Positions 25,401 through 39,355 of a stretch of DNA of 64,000 bases are shown piece after piece; within the stretch, counting starts at the first letter, position 1, and every line of letters starts with the position of its first letter. The translations under genes and the position numbers were made by a program. This DNA is from Harriotta raleighana. Its lineage: Eukaryota. The notes under the pieces were generated by a model. It was not told the DNA's origin, did not search any database, and saw nothing but the letters and a program-made list of their open reading frames with translations. The stretch is from positions 5,585,611 through 5,649,610 of the forward strand of contig JBNZDD010013718.1 in assembly GCA_050575255.1 (NCBI GenBank). The letters are read 5' to 3'.

Positions 25401-26794
25401 ACCAGACACACTCCTGATGATTAGAAGTTCTGCACCTGCATCAAAAGCTCAATTACTTTCTGTAGAAACACGGTTGAGCTTCTGGTATTTTACATATTGG
25501 TTTTGTACCATCGTTTTAAGATCAGATAAACATTTTCATTTCCAAAGAGACGTGTATTCAAGCGCTCTGAGACGCTGTCCAGCCTGGAAGGCGCTTTATA
25601 AATCAAAATTATTGTTGTTGTATTGAGGCTGCATTTAAGATCATTTCCTATTCCATGCTCCTGCTGCTGTACCTACAGCAGAAGTCAAAGCAGTGGGAGA
25701 GCCAGGTAATAGAGAGTTTTAACATGACATTAGTTGCTTAGCAAGTAGCACATTAAAGGGGGAATGGAAACATTTGCTCAGGTAATGATTCATTCGTAAT
25801 CCATTCTGGCCATGGGGTGGCTTATACTGTATTACAAATGTCCAAATGATATTAGCAAAAGCATTTTGGTTTGTGCAGTTTCTTGGCACAATCTTCCAGA
25901 TAAATAAGTCATTCATCAGACTGATGTTTGTATGACCTTGCAAAGTGCTGCTTTTTCCTACCAAAAACAGTCAATGCAGTTGATAATCTCTGTAAAGTTC
26001 TTTGAGACTTTTTAAAATGGTACGGTGCTATAAAATTTGCAGGTTCTTTCTTTTTCCTCCCCGTTCTTTTGCTGTATTCAAACTGAAGTAGTATACGAGT
26101 CTCTGTGAGTAAAAGATTTAAGATTCAGCGTGAGGCATTTGTGGAGTTCAGTAAATTGAAACTTTAGAGCAAGGAGCAAGCAGCTTTAAGACTTGGCAGT
26201 AAAAGTGAGGCTACATCATGGGAAAGTAGCCACTTGGAGTTAGTCAACTTTGAGGCCACCGACTTGAAAGGAAATGGTTGTGGCTGCTGTAGTATCTGGC
26301 GCGTGCTCCTGTCCGCCTAGACAGGTGGCAGTTACGTCAGCAACACATGGTCTGAAGAATCCAAAACATCAGGACCATTCCCCTTTACATCACTTGGCAA
26401 CAGAGACTGAGTTTCATTCAGCGTTCTGAGGTGGTGAGTTTATTTAACTGAGAAACTGTGTTTGATTCTTTGCTCAGTCTTTCAAAGGGGAAAGAGAGAA
26501 AAAAAATCACAAGAAGCAGCTGCGTCAATTACAACATGATTTGATCGTTTGCATTAAGCGTTGAACACAAATTTCAGGTTACATCAATGACAACAATTAA
26601 CAAAGAGAATGGCTGTAAACAAACCAAAAGAATGACAAACCAAAAGTCCAGTGGTAAATTATAATAATAATTCTTGCACTTGATATAATGCCTTATCACA
26701 CCATGGAGAGATCTCAAAGCACTTCACAGAATGGATTGCAAAGTGGATTGACAGTGTTTTTAATCCAAAGGTACTAACAGAGTTATATACATAC

Positions 26795-26947
26795 CTTGGA
26801 CCATTCGCCTGTTCTCCATTCATAACAGTTTGTGTAATCTTCGCACTCCTCTTCCTCCTTGGGTCTCATTGCTAGATCACATTTTCCTTGCGGATTGGTG
26901 CATGTCACAGTTCGTTGACGGGTGCCTCTACCACAGTCTGTTGAACA
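26795..26947 (-). CDS. ADAMTS17: ADAMTS17 exon, TSR4 (153 nt, phase 0-0); not in ORF track
   Basis: ctgtag|TGT...AAG|gtatgt; [51 protein letters not shown]. Confidence 0.95.
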
Positions 26948-27284
26948 CTACAGAAATTGGTCAATTACTTTGGGGATCAATTCTCATTGCAAAAGGAGAC
27001 ACTTTGCAGTGTGTAATCTGATAAATATTGCTGGTAATAACTGTCACATCTCAGAAAAATATCTGGACAGGCACATTTATCACATACAGCACTTGCTTCC
27101 TCTAAACGAAGCATTTCTCTCCACTTTCCTCATCCATCCAAATTAATAGACGCATCTTGCTGTAAGGCGGGTGTCCTTTTGTGATATTGCTTCAGTTTGG
27201 TACATTTCAGGATGTTGCTTGGTGAGTAGAGTTTTGAGATTATGTTGAGGAATACTTATCCTTTAAACATGCTGCCGAATTAGT

Positions 27285-28322
27285 ATCTTTGCCCTCTGTG
27301 CAGTGCAGGGCTCCGTCCTTGGCCCTCTACTTTTCAACATCCACATGCTCCCCCTTGGTGACATCATCCACAGACATGGGGTTAACTTCCACGCGGATGA
27401 CACCCAACTCTATCTTCCTGCTTCTACCCTCGACTCCAAGACTACTACTGTCAAGACAGACTGTCTGGCAGACTTTCAGTCCTGGATGAGAGCTACTTTT
27501 CTACAGTTGAATGTCAACAAGACAGAGGTCCTATTGATTGGCTCGTGCCAGCGCTTTCACGCAAGGTGCTGGCAGCATCAACCTTCATGGTTGTTCACTC
27601 AACCTCACCAAGCCAGTCAGGAACCTCGGAGCCTTGTTTGATCCTCAATTGTCTTTCCTCCCCCACATCCAAGCAATGACTCGCTCTGCCTTCCCTCACC
27701 TCCGCAATATTGCCTGACTCTGCCATTACCTTACCCCCAAGGCCGCTGAAACCCTTATTCATACCTTCATTACATCCTGCCTTAACTAACCAAATGCCCT
27801 GCTTGTTGACCTTCCCAACTCCTTCACTCCACAGGTTGCAGATAATATAGAAATCTGCGACCTGTATCCTCTACCACTCCAAGCTTCGTGACCATATCTC
27901 CTTCATCCTTGCCCAACTCCATTGGTTCCCCATCATCTTAGGACCCAATTCAAGATCCTGGTTCTGACATTTAAAGCCCTCCATGGCCTTGCCCCGCCCT
28001 ACATCCGTGACATCCTAATCCCCTAACAACCTGCCCGCCCCCTCCGCTCAGCAGGCTCTGGCTTGTTCTATGGCCCCCCACCCACCCCACCATTCGCAGG
28101 CGAACCTTTAGCCACTTGCCCCCAACCTCTGGAACTCCATCCTGCAGTCCCTCCACTTTTTCCCCCTTCCTGGCTTCTTTAAGTCCTGCCTCAAGACCCT
28201 CCTCTTTGAGGTCAACCTAAATCCTCCACTCCCTGTCTCCAGCTCGGGTCTGAAACAATGACTGTCCAGCGCCTTGGGACGTCCTCCTGACATGAAAGGT
28301 GCTACACAAGTGTAATTTTGTT
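27285..28322 (+). mobile_element. 5'-truncated L2 LINE (~1 kb; RT C-terminal half plus 3' tail), frameshifted
   Basis: [36 protein letters not shown]...[20 protein letters not shown]; later LHWFP, PNLWNS and FKSCLKTLLF; tail cagcgccttgggacgtcctcctgacatgaaaggtgcta. Confidence 0.93.
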
Positions 28323-29029
28323 GTACTTAACTGACTTTATCACTTGGACAAACTCTAAATGTATTCACTGCCCTTGATAGATATTCTGTTTACAGCATTG
28401 CTCAGAACTAGTCAGTGTTGACATTTTAATCTTAAATGATTGATTTTCACTTACAAATTGCTGAAATGGTTAAACATTTAATAGCAATAGAAAAATACAA
28501 CATGTATTTTTCACAGAGTGCCTTCAACTCACACCGAATCAATCACTTTTGATTTAATGGAGCTTTTGAAAAGTTTTGTTTCTTTGTCGTTACCTGTTCA
28601 ATTCAGAAAAGTGTAAAGAAGACTGACCAGTTGGGATAAATTGTTAGGTGTTGTTTTTTTTAAAAAAATGTATAGGTTACTACTTGTAGGAAGAATGACC
28701 AGTCTGTGTGTATTGATTAATGCTTAAAGGAGTCTTTCTTTGTTGTTATGTTGCCATAGAAGTAGAATATACCTTTGTATTAAAGTATAAAATCTGTTCC
28801 AACTCGGACCCATACTGGCCTGAACCCTGATTCAGGAGCTGTAGCATCAGCTGTGCTGTCTGACAATGTGTGGAACAATGACAAACGCAACACACGTATC
28901 CTGTCAGTCTTGGCTGCCTGACCTTGTCTGACCCTGGAGGAGTATGGAGCTGACTGAAGTACCAATGTTACACCATGAAAACACAGCAATTTGTCGAGAA
29001 ACAGAGGCTGTGTCAATTTGGCTTGTATT

Positions 29030-29105
29030 CCCCAGAGCCAAAGAAGTTAAGGGGGTGATCTGATTGAGGCGTTTAAAATAATTAGAGGATCTGACAAGTT
29101 AAGCA
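29030..29105 (+). mobile_element. CR1 LINE fragment
   Basis: agaagttaaggggg tgatctgattgaggcgtttaaaataatt encodes the RLRGDLIEAFKII-type motif. Confidence 0.7.
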
Positions 29106-30009
29106 GGGTATGTCTCTCTCCCTCTCCGTGGGTGGGGAGTGTGTGGAGGTTCTCTTTCCCTGTGGCGTGTGTGGATATTTTACTTTGTGTGTGGTGTGTG
29201 TGTGTCAATGGGGTAACTGTGGGGAGTTCTCTCCCTTCTTGGAATGCAGTATGGCAATGCCAGTAATATGCTTCTCTGCAAACATTTTATTTCCTTGGGT
29301 TCTGGCAGCAGACTGTAGGAAAGCACAGTACTAAGTCCCAAATGTGGTAAATTTTATTACCTCATCCATTACTGTCCAGTTTAACCCTGTTGCCTTCAAC
29401 ATTTTGTATAGTGTTTTACAGCTCAAACACATTTCTTTTCTGCTGCTTTCAATAGAGAAATATTACACTGATAATGTTACAGAGCGAACTAAAATGGGAT
29501 TGTCAGAAGTTATTCCCTTTTGCATTTTAGTTTTCTGAAAACGACACCAAGATTTTGTTGAAGAAATCGCTTTCCCAACTTAATTCCATCTCAAGCAAAT
29601 TCTTAACACTGATAGCTCAGTTTAAATGCTCAGAACATTAAAGCTCCTAAAAAAAAGTCAGTTTGTTATTTAATGGGATCTGCATTGATTTCCAATTGGC
29701 TTTCATAGCAAAGAACTCAATGGGGCTCCTTCTGGTAATCTGATGTACTTCTCGAATGATATGCGCTCTGGGATGCTACCCTCCACTATATAAGTTGTTG
29801 CTGTTATGGCAATGTGTGGGAACTTAAGTCCATAGTTACATTAAGTGGGATGAAGTCCCTGTGGATGAGCGTGATCAATTTCCTGTTTCCTACATCGAAA
29901 AAATGGCATTAGAAATTGTTGCATATCAGACTCTAGTTATTTTTTGGTGTGAAATATTTTGCACCCATTGTCCACGGGAATCGATATCTTTGTCAAGTAG
30001 CCTGTAACT

Positions 30010-30245
30010 CACAACAACAACAACATTTACATAGTGCTTTTACATGGGGTAGCATCTCAAAGTATTTAACAGCAGAGTCTGACGCTGAGGTGGAGAGAGG
30101 TGACAGTAGACACATTCGAAGAGGAAGGTCTTCAAGTGTGATTTGAATACAGGCAAGGAGAAGGCAAGGTGGAGGGATTGAGGCAGAGAGTTTATAAATT
30201 TCAGGATGTTGTGGCTGAAAGCATGGCCGTTGGTGCTGGAGTGGA
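30010..30245 (-). mobile_element. L2 3' fragment
   Basis: GHAFSH...NSLPQSLHLAFSLPVFKSHLKTFLF plus (ttg)n tail. Confidence 0.85.
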
Positions 30246-31969
30246 AGGTACAAGTACAGTATATGGGGAAAAAAAAATAGGTGAAGTGATTTACAGTCAG
30301 AGCCATAAACTAATTATCTCCCTTCACCTTCAACTTCAGAAACATGCCTCCAGGTGTCATAGGTTTTCTTTTCCTCATAAATTTGATGCACAGAAAAAAG
30401 GATCTTTGCACATGCACTCACCACCCGCTAAAGAGATTAGTATCTGGGTTTCATTTCTTATCTGCGAAAACTTATGTACAGTAATTTTTTTTTCGTCCTA
30501 GTGTAAATGAAAGTGTCATGCGTGATATACAGTTCTCTAAATGATCACAGGCTCTTAATAAATCAGTTCTTGTAATGGGAGTAAAATGATATCCGAATTT
30601 AAAATCTCAATGTTGGTCATTCTGGTAGGCATGGATAGAATGGGAACCGGTATTGTTTTTCTTGCCAGACCCATTAAGATCAATATTTAATGGGTCAATA
30701 CTTAAAAGAATTTTAACTTAAGCACAATGCCACTTGTAAGTTTTTACACCTTTAGAATATTAATGTAAGAAATGAAAACAATATTGGGGCTGGTAGTAAT
30801 ACATTCAGAAACCTTTCTGGCTAATGTTTCGTTGGTCCCAGAAACTAATAAAAACCGACAAAGTGGTTCTTTTCACCGTAGATTAAATGTATCAGTGCCT
30901 CTGTTGGTTCCAGGATAGGCTGAGTCTAGGCCAGTGAAAATGCTGTACTGAAAGGTTTGAGTTTACTTCGGAGGTGCAGAAATGTACAGCAAGACCCTGG
31001 CAGTCAATTTCCCTCAGATTTAAAATGCTTGACTTATTGTGCCACTTTCCATTTACTGTACTTGCAAACTCCTTTCATTTGACACAACCTTGAGTGCTGA
31101 AGAAAAAGTTGTGAACTCCTCCTAAACAAAAAGTATCACCTTCACTGAGAAGACAGGAATTCATGAAATTTGCCATGACATTCTTTCCATTTGCAGTGAA
31201 CGCACACTCCAGGCAGACTCTCTCGGGAAACTAAAGGCAATGTGCTACAGATACTGAAAATCTGATATAAACACAGAAGTTGCTGGGGGGGGGGGGGGGC
31301 AGCAGGTCAGACAGCATCCATGGAGAGAGGAAAATGAATTGACATTTCAGCTCTATGACCTTTTGTCAGAATTCTCAAAGGAATCTGTCGAACGACATCC
31401 GAGCATAGCAAAAGTGCATAGGAATGCAAGAGCCCATGAAAGGCCTGAAGGTCCCATTTTCTGAAATGCCATTATTCACATCTCTCTTACCTACAATCGC
31501 AACTCCTTGGGTATCTGTTCACCCTGTTACCCACCCTTCTCGACATAGATGTTCAATGTAATCTACCCCTGTACCTTTTTCATTTTGACTTTGAAACTGT
31601 GAGCCACTCATTGATTTCAAATATATTAGCTTTTTTAAAAAAAAACAATATTCTTTTGTGATCTGGGGGAAAAAAAAAGCATGAATATTTTCTACAGTGC
31701 AAACATGCCCGCTTGCTGCAGTTTCTCCTTGTAGCTCAGATTCACTATCCTACTGATCAACTTGAATGTCAGTCACAACATGCTCTGTATCTCCAGGAAG
31801 CAACAAGCTGACTGCTTCATTCAGGCGAGATTCAGTTGCATTCAAGGACATGCTATAATACGCCACAGGATGCATTTATATAGAGGTTGATTTTATAAAT
31901 TCCTTAAGTATTCAATGTAATTACCCAGCTTTAAATTTAGACAGAAGTTTTGCAGTTGAAGAAACATAC

Positions 31970-32174
31970 CTTAGACCAGTTTGAGGCTTCCCATACAGTC
32001 AAACAGTCACGACCTTCACAGCCTTGTATTGTAGATGGCTTGCGACCGAGACAGTAGAGATTTCTTGTGTTGACATGAGTACCATTTTGCAGCTGATAGA
32101 CACAGGTTACATTGCGGATCTGAGAGCCCTTCCCACAGGTGCTGGAACATGGAGTCCAACTTCCTGCTACCCAT
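31970..32174 (-). CDS. ADAMTS17: ADAMTS17 exon, TSR3 and start of TSR4 (205 nt, phase 2-0)
   Basis: ggcag|ATGG...AAG|gtatgt; [69 protein letters not shown]. Confidence 0.96.
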
Positions 32175-33199
32175 CTGCCAAAACAAATCCATTCGTTAAG
32201 TATCACAACCCTCCTGAGAATGATAAATTCAGAATTCAATTCCGTTTACATGGCGCCTTTCACATCTGGGAGGATGTCTTGTTTCAAAGTGCTTCATGCA
32301 GCTGACAACACTACGGGTCTTTCTGCTTCACATTCAGACCGAAGATAAAGGAAGGAGCCTTGGCATTTCTATTACGTTTTGCCATTAATAAGCATTGATG
32401 ACCTACTTGCTTGTTTTTGTTTGGAGAACAAAGAGTTTGGGTCATTCATCCAAATGCATAGTGAGCCTGACTTAGCTGGAAAGGCAAGAGAAGAAAATTC
32501 TGGCCCACAGTGTCAAGCACCATTTCATTCATGTCGTGTAGCCCAGGACCTTTTGCAAAGTTAGAGCAGTCTACCCATGTTAAATTGTAAGAGGGGGAAA
32601 TTAAACAGTTAGAAGAGCTATTGAAAGCCAAATGTTTGACAGCTGTACACAATACAGTTCACAGACACAATAGAGAAATGCTGCCAAACCTTCCATTATA
32701 CACAACCAGGTTCTCATTAAATTGCAGAGCAAAAACCAGCACAATTTCAAATCAATTCCTGGCAGTATACGAGCTAATGATTCAGTTCAAAGTAAATAAA
32801 AAAAATCTTTGTGTAACATTTTATTGTTTCATGAATCTTATATAACAAGTTAGATCATTTCCTTGCTATAAAAGGTCTACGACTCGATAAGAAATACAAA
32901 CTCAGCACTTCAATTCTTGAAGTACAAATGAGCGTAAAGACTGCTTGAATTTATGGTCTAGAGGCTTGTTACAATTCTCAGGGCCAACCAAGGCTGAAGA
33001 AGCCTGCAGCAAACAAAACCTCATCTTTTGCCAATTTTCCCTTCTAATGCTAATCTAACATCTGTTAAACAGTGGCTTTCCACATTGAGTTGCATTTGTT
33101 ACATTCTTTGCAATCCCATAAATGAATGTCTCCAGAAATCGAGCTGTAGCCATGGATGCAGGGAAATTAAAGATTGAAAGATATTGTCCAAAGGTGCAG

Positions 33200-33640
33200 T
33201 TGATATTTTGGGAAGTTTTTTAAAAGAGGGAGGTCACAAATAATGTGGTGCTGAAAAACAGTCCCAGAGGACAGGGCATACTGACTTAAGACTTAATGGA
33301 TAGAAGGTAACAAGCACTAGACCAGAGTTGGAAAAGTACTGTATAGTGCTGGAAAAGTCTGCATGAGACTGTGAAAGGATTTGAAGCCCAGGTCAAGTAT
33401 CTTAAACATATTCCTTTGAGGTACTGGGAGCCAATGGAAATTGGCCAGCATCAGGTTGATTGGTATGTGGGACAAAGTTGGACTGTAGAGTTTTCGATAA
33501 TCTGAAGCTTCTTAAGAGTGGAGGTGGGGAGGCCAGCGCGGAGGAGATTGGAAAAGTATGGGTGCCAGCAATAATGGATGTGAGTCAGTAGGCAATGTTA
33601 AATGGTGGAAGGTGATGATACTGGCAATGGACTGAATGTA
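33200..33640 (-). mobile_element. Highly degenerate L2 fragment
   Basis: Reverse complement includes ttccattggctcccagta...tttaagatacttgacctgggcttcaaatcctttcac (HWLP..FKIL..FKSLH region). Confidence 0.6.
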
Positions 33641-34089
33641 ATTCCAGTGAATGCGGAATGACACCCTCTTCTCAAAGGTTGGCTGCTTTATTCATGAAGT
33701 AATTGAACAAAAAATATTTATGTGATGGAAATTGTCCTGAGAAGTCGACAATATCGTGTCAGAGTCCCTGAACTCAGTAATGAATTGGTTTCACATCTTG
33801 TTACTTCTTCCTCCCAAGCATCTTGAGAAATCAGCCTGGGTTAATCACCCAGAAAGAGAACATCATTAATCAGTGGACATCAAACAGAAAATAAATCTTA
33901 TTTTCATTTATATGGGCCATATGGTGATCTGAAATTTTTAATCTTGTAGCCAGCCAACCAACTCATGAAAGCGACAAGAATCTGAATGAGGAAAATAAAA
34001 CATTAATCATTTGCAGGTGAAAAAACACTTTGATGTTTGGGTGGCAGTAACATGGTATTCATTTTTCTCCAAAAAGCAAGAAAAAAACC

Positions 34090-34480
34090 CAGCAGCAACA
34101 ACTTGCACTTACATAGTGCCCTCCACACAGGGTAGTGTCTCAGAGCGCTTAACAGCCTGACTCCGGGGCGAGGGAGCAGTAAGCACAGTCGAAAAAGAAA
34201 GTTTTTCAGGTGGAACTTAAAGTAGGGGTAAGAGGGGGCAAGGTGGAGAGATTGTGGGAGAGTGTTCCAGAGTTTTGGAGCATGGTGGCTGAAAGTTCGA
34301 CCACAGATGGTGGGGTGAAGGGTGCAAGGTATGAGCAGGAGGCCAGTGTCAGTCTGGTGAAGGCATCATATTGGGGATTGTGGATGTCTGGAGGTAGAGA
34401 AGTGCTAGGGAGTGAATAGATTTGAACACGAATGTGAGGATCTTGAAGTCGATCAGTCAGTGATGGGGAGCCAATGGCCG
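34090..34480 (-). mobile_element. L2 3' fragment
   Basis: cattggctcccc...ttcaagatcctc, ctctggaacactctc and an L2-type tail on the minus strand. Confidence 0.8.
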
Positions 34481-35105
34481 TATATATAATACTAAATGGA
34501 CATAAACCCAAAACAAAACTTTCAAGTACACCAAGGCAGCAAGACTTCATGTCATAGATGCAGAATTGCGAAGGCCAACTTTAGGATAGACAGGAGGATA
34601 TATTTTTTGCACTTTAGTGTAAATCAACAGCTGGAATGGTTCACTAGGAATGGAGGTAGAGACCAGGGCATTGAACTCATTTAAGAAACAATACAGTGCC
34701 TTATGTATAGTCAATATTCTGGAAATGTAAGATCAAATGGACCAAACAAAGAGCCTTCCTCTCTGATCTTTTCTCATGAACTAGGGAAATTTATGATACA
34801 AGTTCAGTCCAAATCAAACAATCAAGGCTCAACAAAAAATTAAAGAGGCACAAATCAGCTGAGGAATAAAACAACTATAGAAAAAGTGTAAAATAAAAGA
34901 ATGTTATGATCTCCTTTCAGTGAATCATTCCCACATTTGTCTGAATGAACTGGGATTTTGAATTTTTAATGCTTAATATGATCTATCATCACTTACTAAC
35001 GGTTCCTGCTCTATTACAAAGCTGTTTGGTAACTGGTGGAATTGCTTTATACAGTGGTAACAAATCAACAAACTGATCTCTCTTTCCGATCAAAGCGATT
35101 CTTAC

Positions 35106-35241
35106 CGTGACTGGCATGGATGCATATTGCACTTCCTGACCTGTGGCTCCGGACGGGTCATGTGCTGGCAGTCACTGTCGTTCACCACCGCCAATGTCTT
35201 GTTTACAATTTTAGTGCAGGAGACAACAGATCTGCGTTGTC
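35106..35241 (-). CDS. ADAMTS17: ADAMTS17 exon, TSR2 (136 nt, phase 1-2); not in ORF track
   Basis: tttttag|GA...CG|gtaag; [45 protein letters not shown]. Confidence 0.95.
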
Positions 35242-36698
35242 CTAAAAACAAGGAACAGTATATTACGAGCTGGAAATCATGCCCAGAGCATTTCAGACCT
35301 GAACTACATTCCTAATTAAGGGAACCCATCTCCCGAGAGGAGACTAAAGCATAAACCCCAGCATCAGGCTCCAAGGCTTCCAAAACACAGTGTTTGAGTT
35401 GTGAGCGGATTGATTTCACTCTTTCAATTTTCCTGACACGGCCTCAGGCAGGGGGAATCATCTCAAATAGCTCGAAAACTATATTTCTATCCCTAGACAA
35501 GATCCGGCATTTATGCAGCGCAGCAAACAATGCCACTGTGACACTGTTTCTAAAAGAAAGCAATTGTAGAACTTAAGATGACTGGGTCATAAACTCTCTC
35601 TTAGCCAAACTAGTGAACTCCAATGAAATGTAAAAGGTATCAAAATTAGAGGAGGAAATATCTAAAAAAAAATCTGGATTGACATTTTCATGAAGACATT
35701 TCGGTGCATACGACATATACCGCAGAAAACAAAACAAGGAACTTGTACAACTGGTAGTATCCTTTCATGTGGCACTTTCATTACAGTGATTTATACATGG
35801 GTTCACTTCGGGAAGCTCTGGTAGGGGAATGTTGGACACACAACCATGAGGGCTGATTGCTAAATAGGGGAGGATGGACACCAGGCAATCATTGCAGAAT
35901 GGGAAATATTCCCAGATTGGTGAGGTCACACTGGCTAACTCTTGCATGAGTCACCGTGCATCTGATGCCAAAATATTCTCTTTTAGAGTTAACTCGAGAT
36001 AATTACATTCTGCTAGAAGAAAAGGTCCCAAATATGTAATAATACAGTGCAATTTTCAATTCTAAAATCAAACTACACAACTGAAAATATCCAGAATGCC
36101 ACTTCACTGACCCTGAAGTTTACCCTTTGACATTTAAAAAACATAATTTTATTGCTGTTTAATCCTTAAAGGCAGATTTTTGCTCACCGACATATGTAAC
36201 TGCCTTCTCTTCACGCACACCTTTAATATTTTACCATTATTGTCTCTGGCACTCTGGAAATAAGTGCATTCCTCAATGTCATTGGTCTAGTCATAGAATG
36301 GTTTAATTCAACCAATAATTTTTTTTGCACAAATTTGCCGAGATGATCAGATTCTGATGTTAACCTGATCATCATTTCAATGTGCCAGGTGATAGCAATG
36401 CTGTGAATTAACAAAACACAGGACACCAAGAACAGGCTCTGCAGATTGAAGTTTTCCAACCATTTATGGGCCAGGAAACAATTGGCCATGATTGCAACTT
36501 CTGCAAATCAAATGACTCCACTGTCTCCATCAAGCCAAACCAGTTTGGCACTGGTGTCTGAGATAAAGGTGCTTAGCTACCTATTTTAACTTACAATACA
36601 ATCACATCTACATAGCACCTTTCAGATTGGGAGGATATCTCAAAAGCACTTGCAAACTACAGTATTTCAATGGCAGAAACCCAACACACATACTGTAC

Positions 36699-36858
36699 CT
36701 CCTCCACACTGTACACTGCAGGCCTCCCAGCCAGTATTTGTCCACAAGTAAAGGGGCTCCAGTTGCTTTTCCACTTCACTCTTGTTTTCCAAGGATCTAT
36801 TCACAGAGATTGTATATTCATAGTGGATTCCATAACTTTGATCATGGAATAGTAGCAC
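36699..36858 (-). CDS. ADAMTS17: ADAMTS17 exon, end of spacer and start of TSR2 (160 nt, phase 0-1)
   Basis: aatag|GTG...GGAG|gtacag; [53 protein letters not shown]. Confidence 0.95.
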
Positions 36859-38235
36859 CTATTGAATGGAACACAATGAAATTCTGTGAGGATGATATCT
36901 GTGGCTTGTTAGTGGAGTTGGTGATGAGAGCAGAACAATGTGGCATAAGATACTGCACCTCACGCATGGGAATGGGAGCACTCAATCCAACAACAAATAG
37001 ATATGCTGACACATGTTTGAGCAGACATAGGGATCACTACAAAAAAGTTTCTCAGGACCATTGAATGCAACCATTTTGAAGATAACAGTACTTTCTACTT
37101 GGCTCCAGAAAGTACTCTCTTGACCATACAGGTTGCAAATTTGAATCTCAATCTGTGCCTAATTACCTGTATTTAGCCAGGGTTCTTCAACTAACCTCAG
37201 TGCCTTTTGGTTCAGAGACAAGGGAAAATCATCCAGTGTTTCCGCTCATTATCACTAACATAGGCTCCCTTGATAGAAGGTGGACATTGTATGGATGTTG
37301 AGTGAAATCAAGATCAGGCTTTTACCCTATGGTGGAAATGTGTAACAGTACTCACTTGTCGAGGCTCAGACACATATGATGGTCACCTGGGTGAGATATC
37401 ACTGATCTCTCAGCATTTCAAATTACTGCTTGTCACAGCTGTAATTGCTGGGAAAGATACCAATGCATCTGAGGTCTAACCTCATTAACGATGAGAAACG
37501 ACCTTTAAAACTCATGCCAAGCTAGCACAACCTACCTTCCACTAGCATGAGATCCACTGACAGAGCTGCCAGTCTGTAATTCATGAGAGATTAAATATAA
37601 CTGATGTGGATTATGCCTGCTGGAATTGTAAAAGAACTTTGAAATACCTACCTCAGGGCTTACATATTAAGCAACAAAATGAATCCCACACTCACCGATT
37701 GGTGCAATTTTGGTCTAATTATTGAATTTACTTAATAAAAATACATTCTGTTATGGCTACATTGAAGCTTCTGAATATTATTGAGAAGACAGCTTTTCAT
37801 CTGTAACCTGAACACATCATTTAAATAATAAGGATTTACTTAACTTACTTTTAACATCTGCTATTCCAAGAGTACGCATGGTTTAGGCCATTTGTAACTA
37901 ATTAGGAATGACACTGAATGCAATGCTTTAACTTTTATTGCTTCAGCCAAGTTTCTCAACATTCAAACTGTTCACTTTATAGTGATGAACCTCTTCACTT
38001 GAAACACTGCAGCCTGTCAAAGTGATTGTATCTAATTGGTTTACTACATGACCAGCCAGTCCCACATTAAGAAATACCCAATATGTCCCTAAAGAGTTTA
38101 ACAGTTTAACTAGTTATTGTTTTCCACCATCAAGATGTCTACGGTCTGTTAATAACACATTAATAAGGTAGCCTGGTGCCAAACAGAAACAGTGGTAGAG
38201 ACCGAACCATTGTCGTTGTTGAAGAAATAGCTTGG

Positions 38236-38587
38236 TAATCCTTGCATTTGATTTAGCACCTTATTACGGCTTCTAGACATCTCAAAGTGCTTCACAGAAT
38301 ATACTGTAAAGTGAATTGACTATATGTGTTGTGGGTGAAACGCGGCAGCCAATTGTGCACAGCAGTGTCCCACAAACTGTCATGGATTAAAGGACCAAAG
38401 TTTTTTTTAAGAAGGAATTATTACCCTTGAAAAAGCAACCATCAATCAACTGGGTTCTTACTTATTGCTAGGTAAACAAAGATGTGTGGAGTAAGGAAAC
38501 TTGTCCAACGTTTTGCCCTGCTGGAAATCAAACCCAGGTCCTCTTGCTTGTGAGGTGAGTGCTCTAACTACTAAATTACAGGATTCC
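38236..38587 (-). mobile_element. Full-length tRNA-derived SINE (long form)
   Basis: Same family as 7045-7350 with an extra ~60-bp internal block. Confidence 0.88.
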
Positions 38588-38993
38588 ATTTATAATGCGA
38601 CGGTAGGGTTGGCATGAAGTGAATGCTCAGTTTTATCTGAAGGACTGTTGGCCAGGACATTGGGAAGAAACTTTCCTCTTTTCAAATGGTGCGATGGTGT
38701 TTTTCTAAACAATGAGGCAAACAGCAGATGGGAAACAGAAGTGCATCTCCCGTGAGGGTCTACAGTCCTATTGCTGAAACCGGTTTGTTCCGTCAATACA
38801 TAGCCTATTGTGTAATATAAAGCTATTGGAAAGCTGGTGCTTTTGAAGTGTCTGATTGTTTGTGCAACATTGAAATGTTATTCTTCGAAAGCTAAATATA
38901 ATTTATAACTTCTGTTGCTCTCTCTTCATTTTCCTTTCCCCTCCCCCCATACACCACCTTGACAAAGTACTGAATTAGGAAGTATTCATTCAA

Positions 38994-39355
38994 TTATAAT
39001 AATCCTTGTATTTGATAAAGCGTCTTATATCTTCTCGATATCTCAACGTACTTCACAAAAAATACTGTAAAGTGAAGACTATATTTTGTGGGTCAAATCC
39101 AGCAACCAATTGTGCATAGCAGTGTCCCACAAACATTGAAGTGGATTGAAGTGACCATTCTTTTGTTTTTTTTGAAGCAATTGTTACCCTCAGAAAAGTA
39201 ATGCGCCAATCAATTAACAACTAGGTTCCCACTAACTGCTAAGTAAACAGAGGTGTATGGCGTAGGGAAACTTGCCCTAAATTTCACTCTGCCGAGAATC
39301 AAACCAAGGTCTCTCGCTTGCAGGGAGAGTGCTCTAAGAGCTGAGTTCAGAAAGA
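38994..39355 (-). mobile_element. Full-length tRNA-derived SINE (long form)
   Basis: Colinear with 38236-38587; head begins ~12 nt after the donor of exon 39368-39525. Confidence 0.85.
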
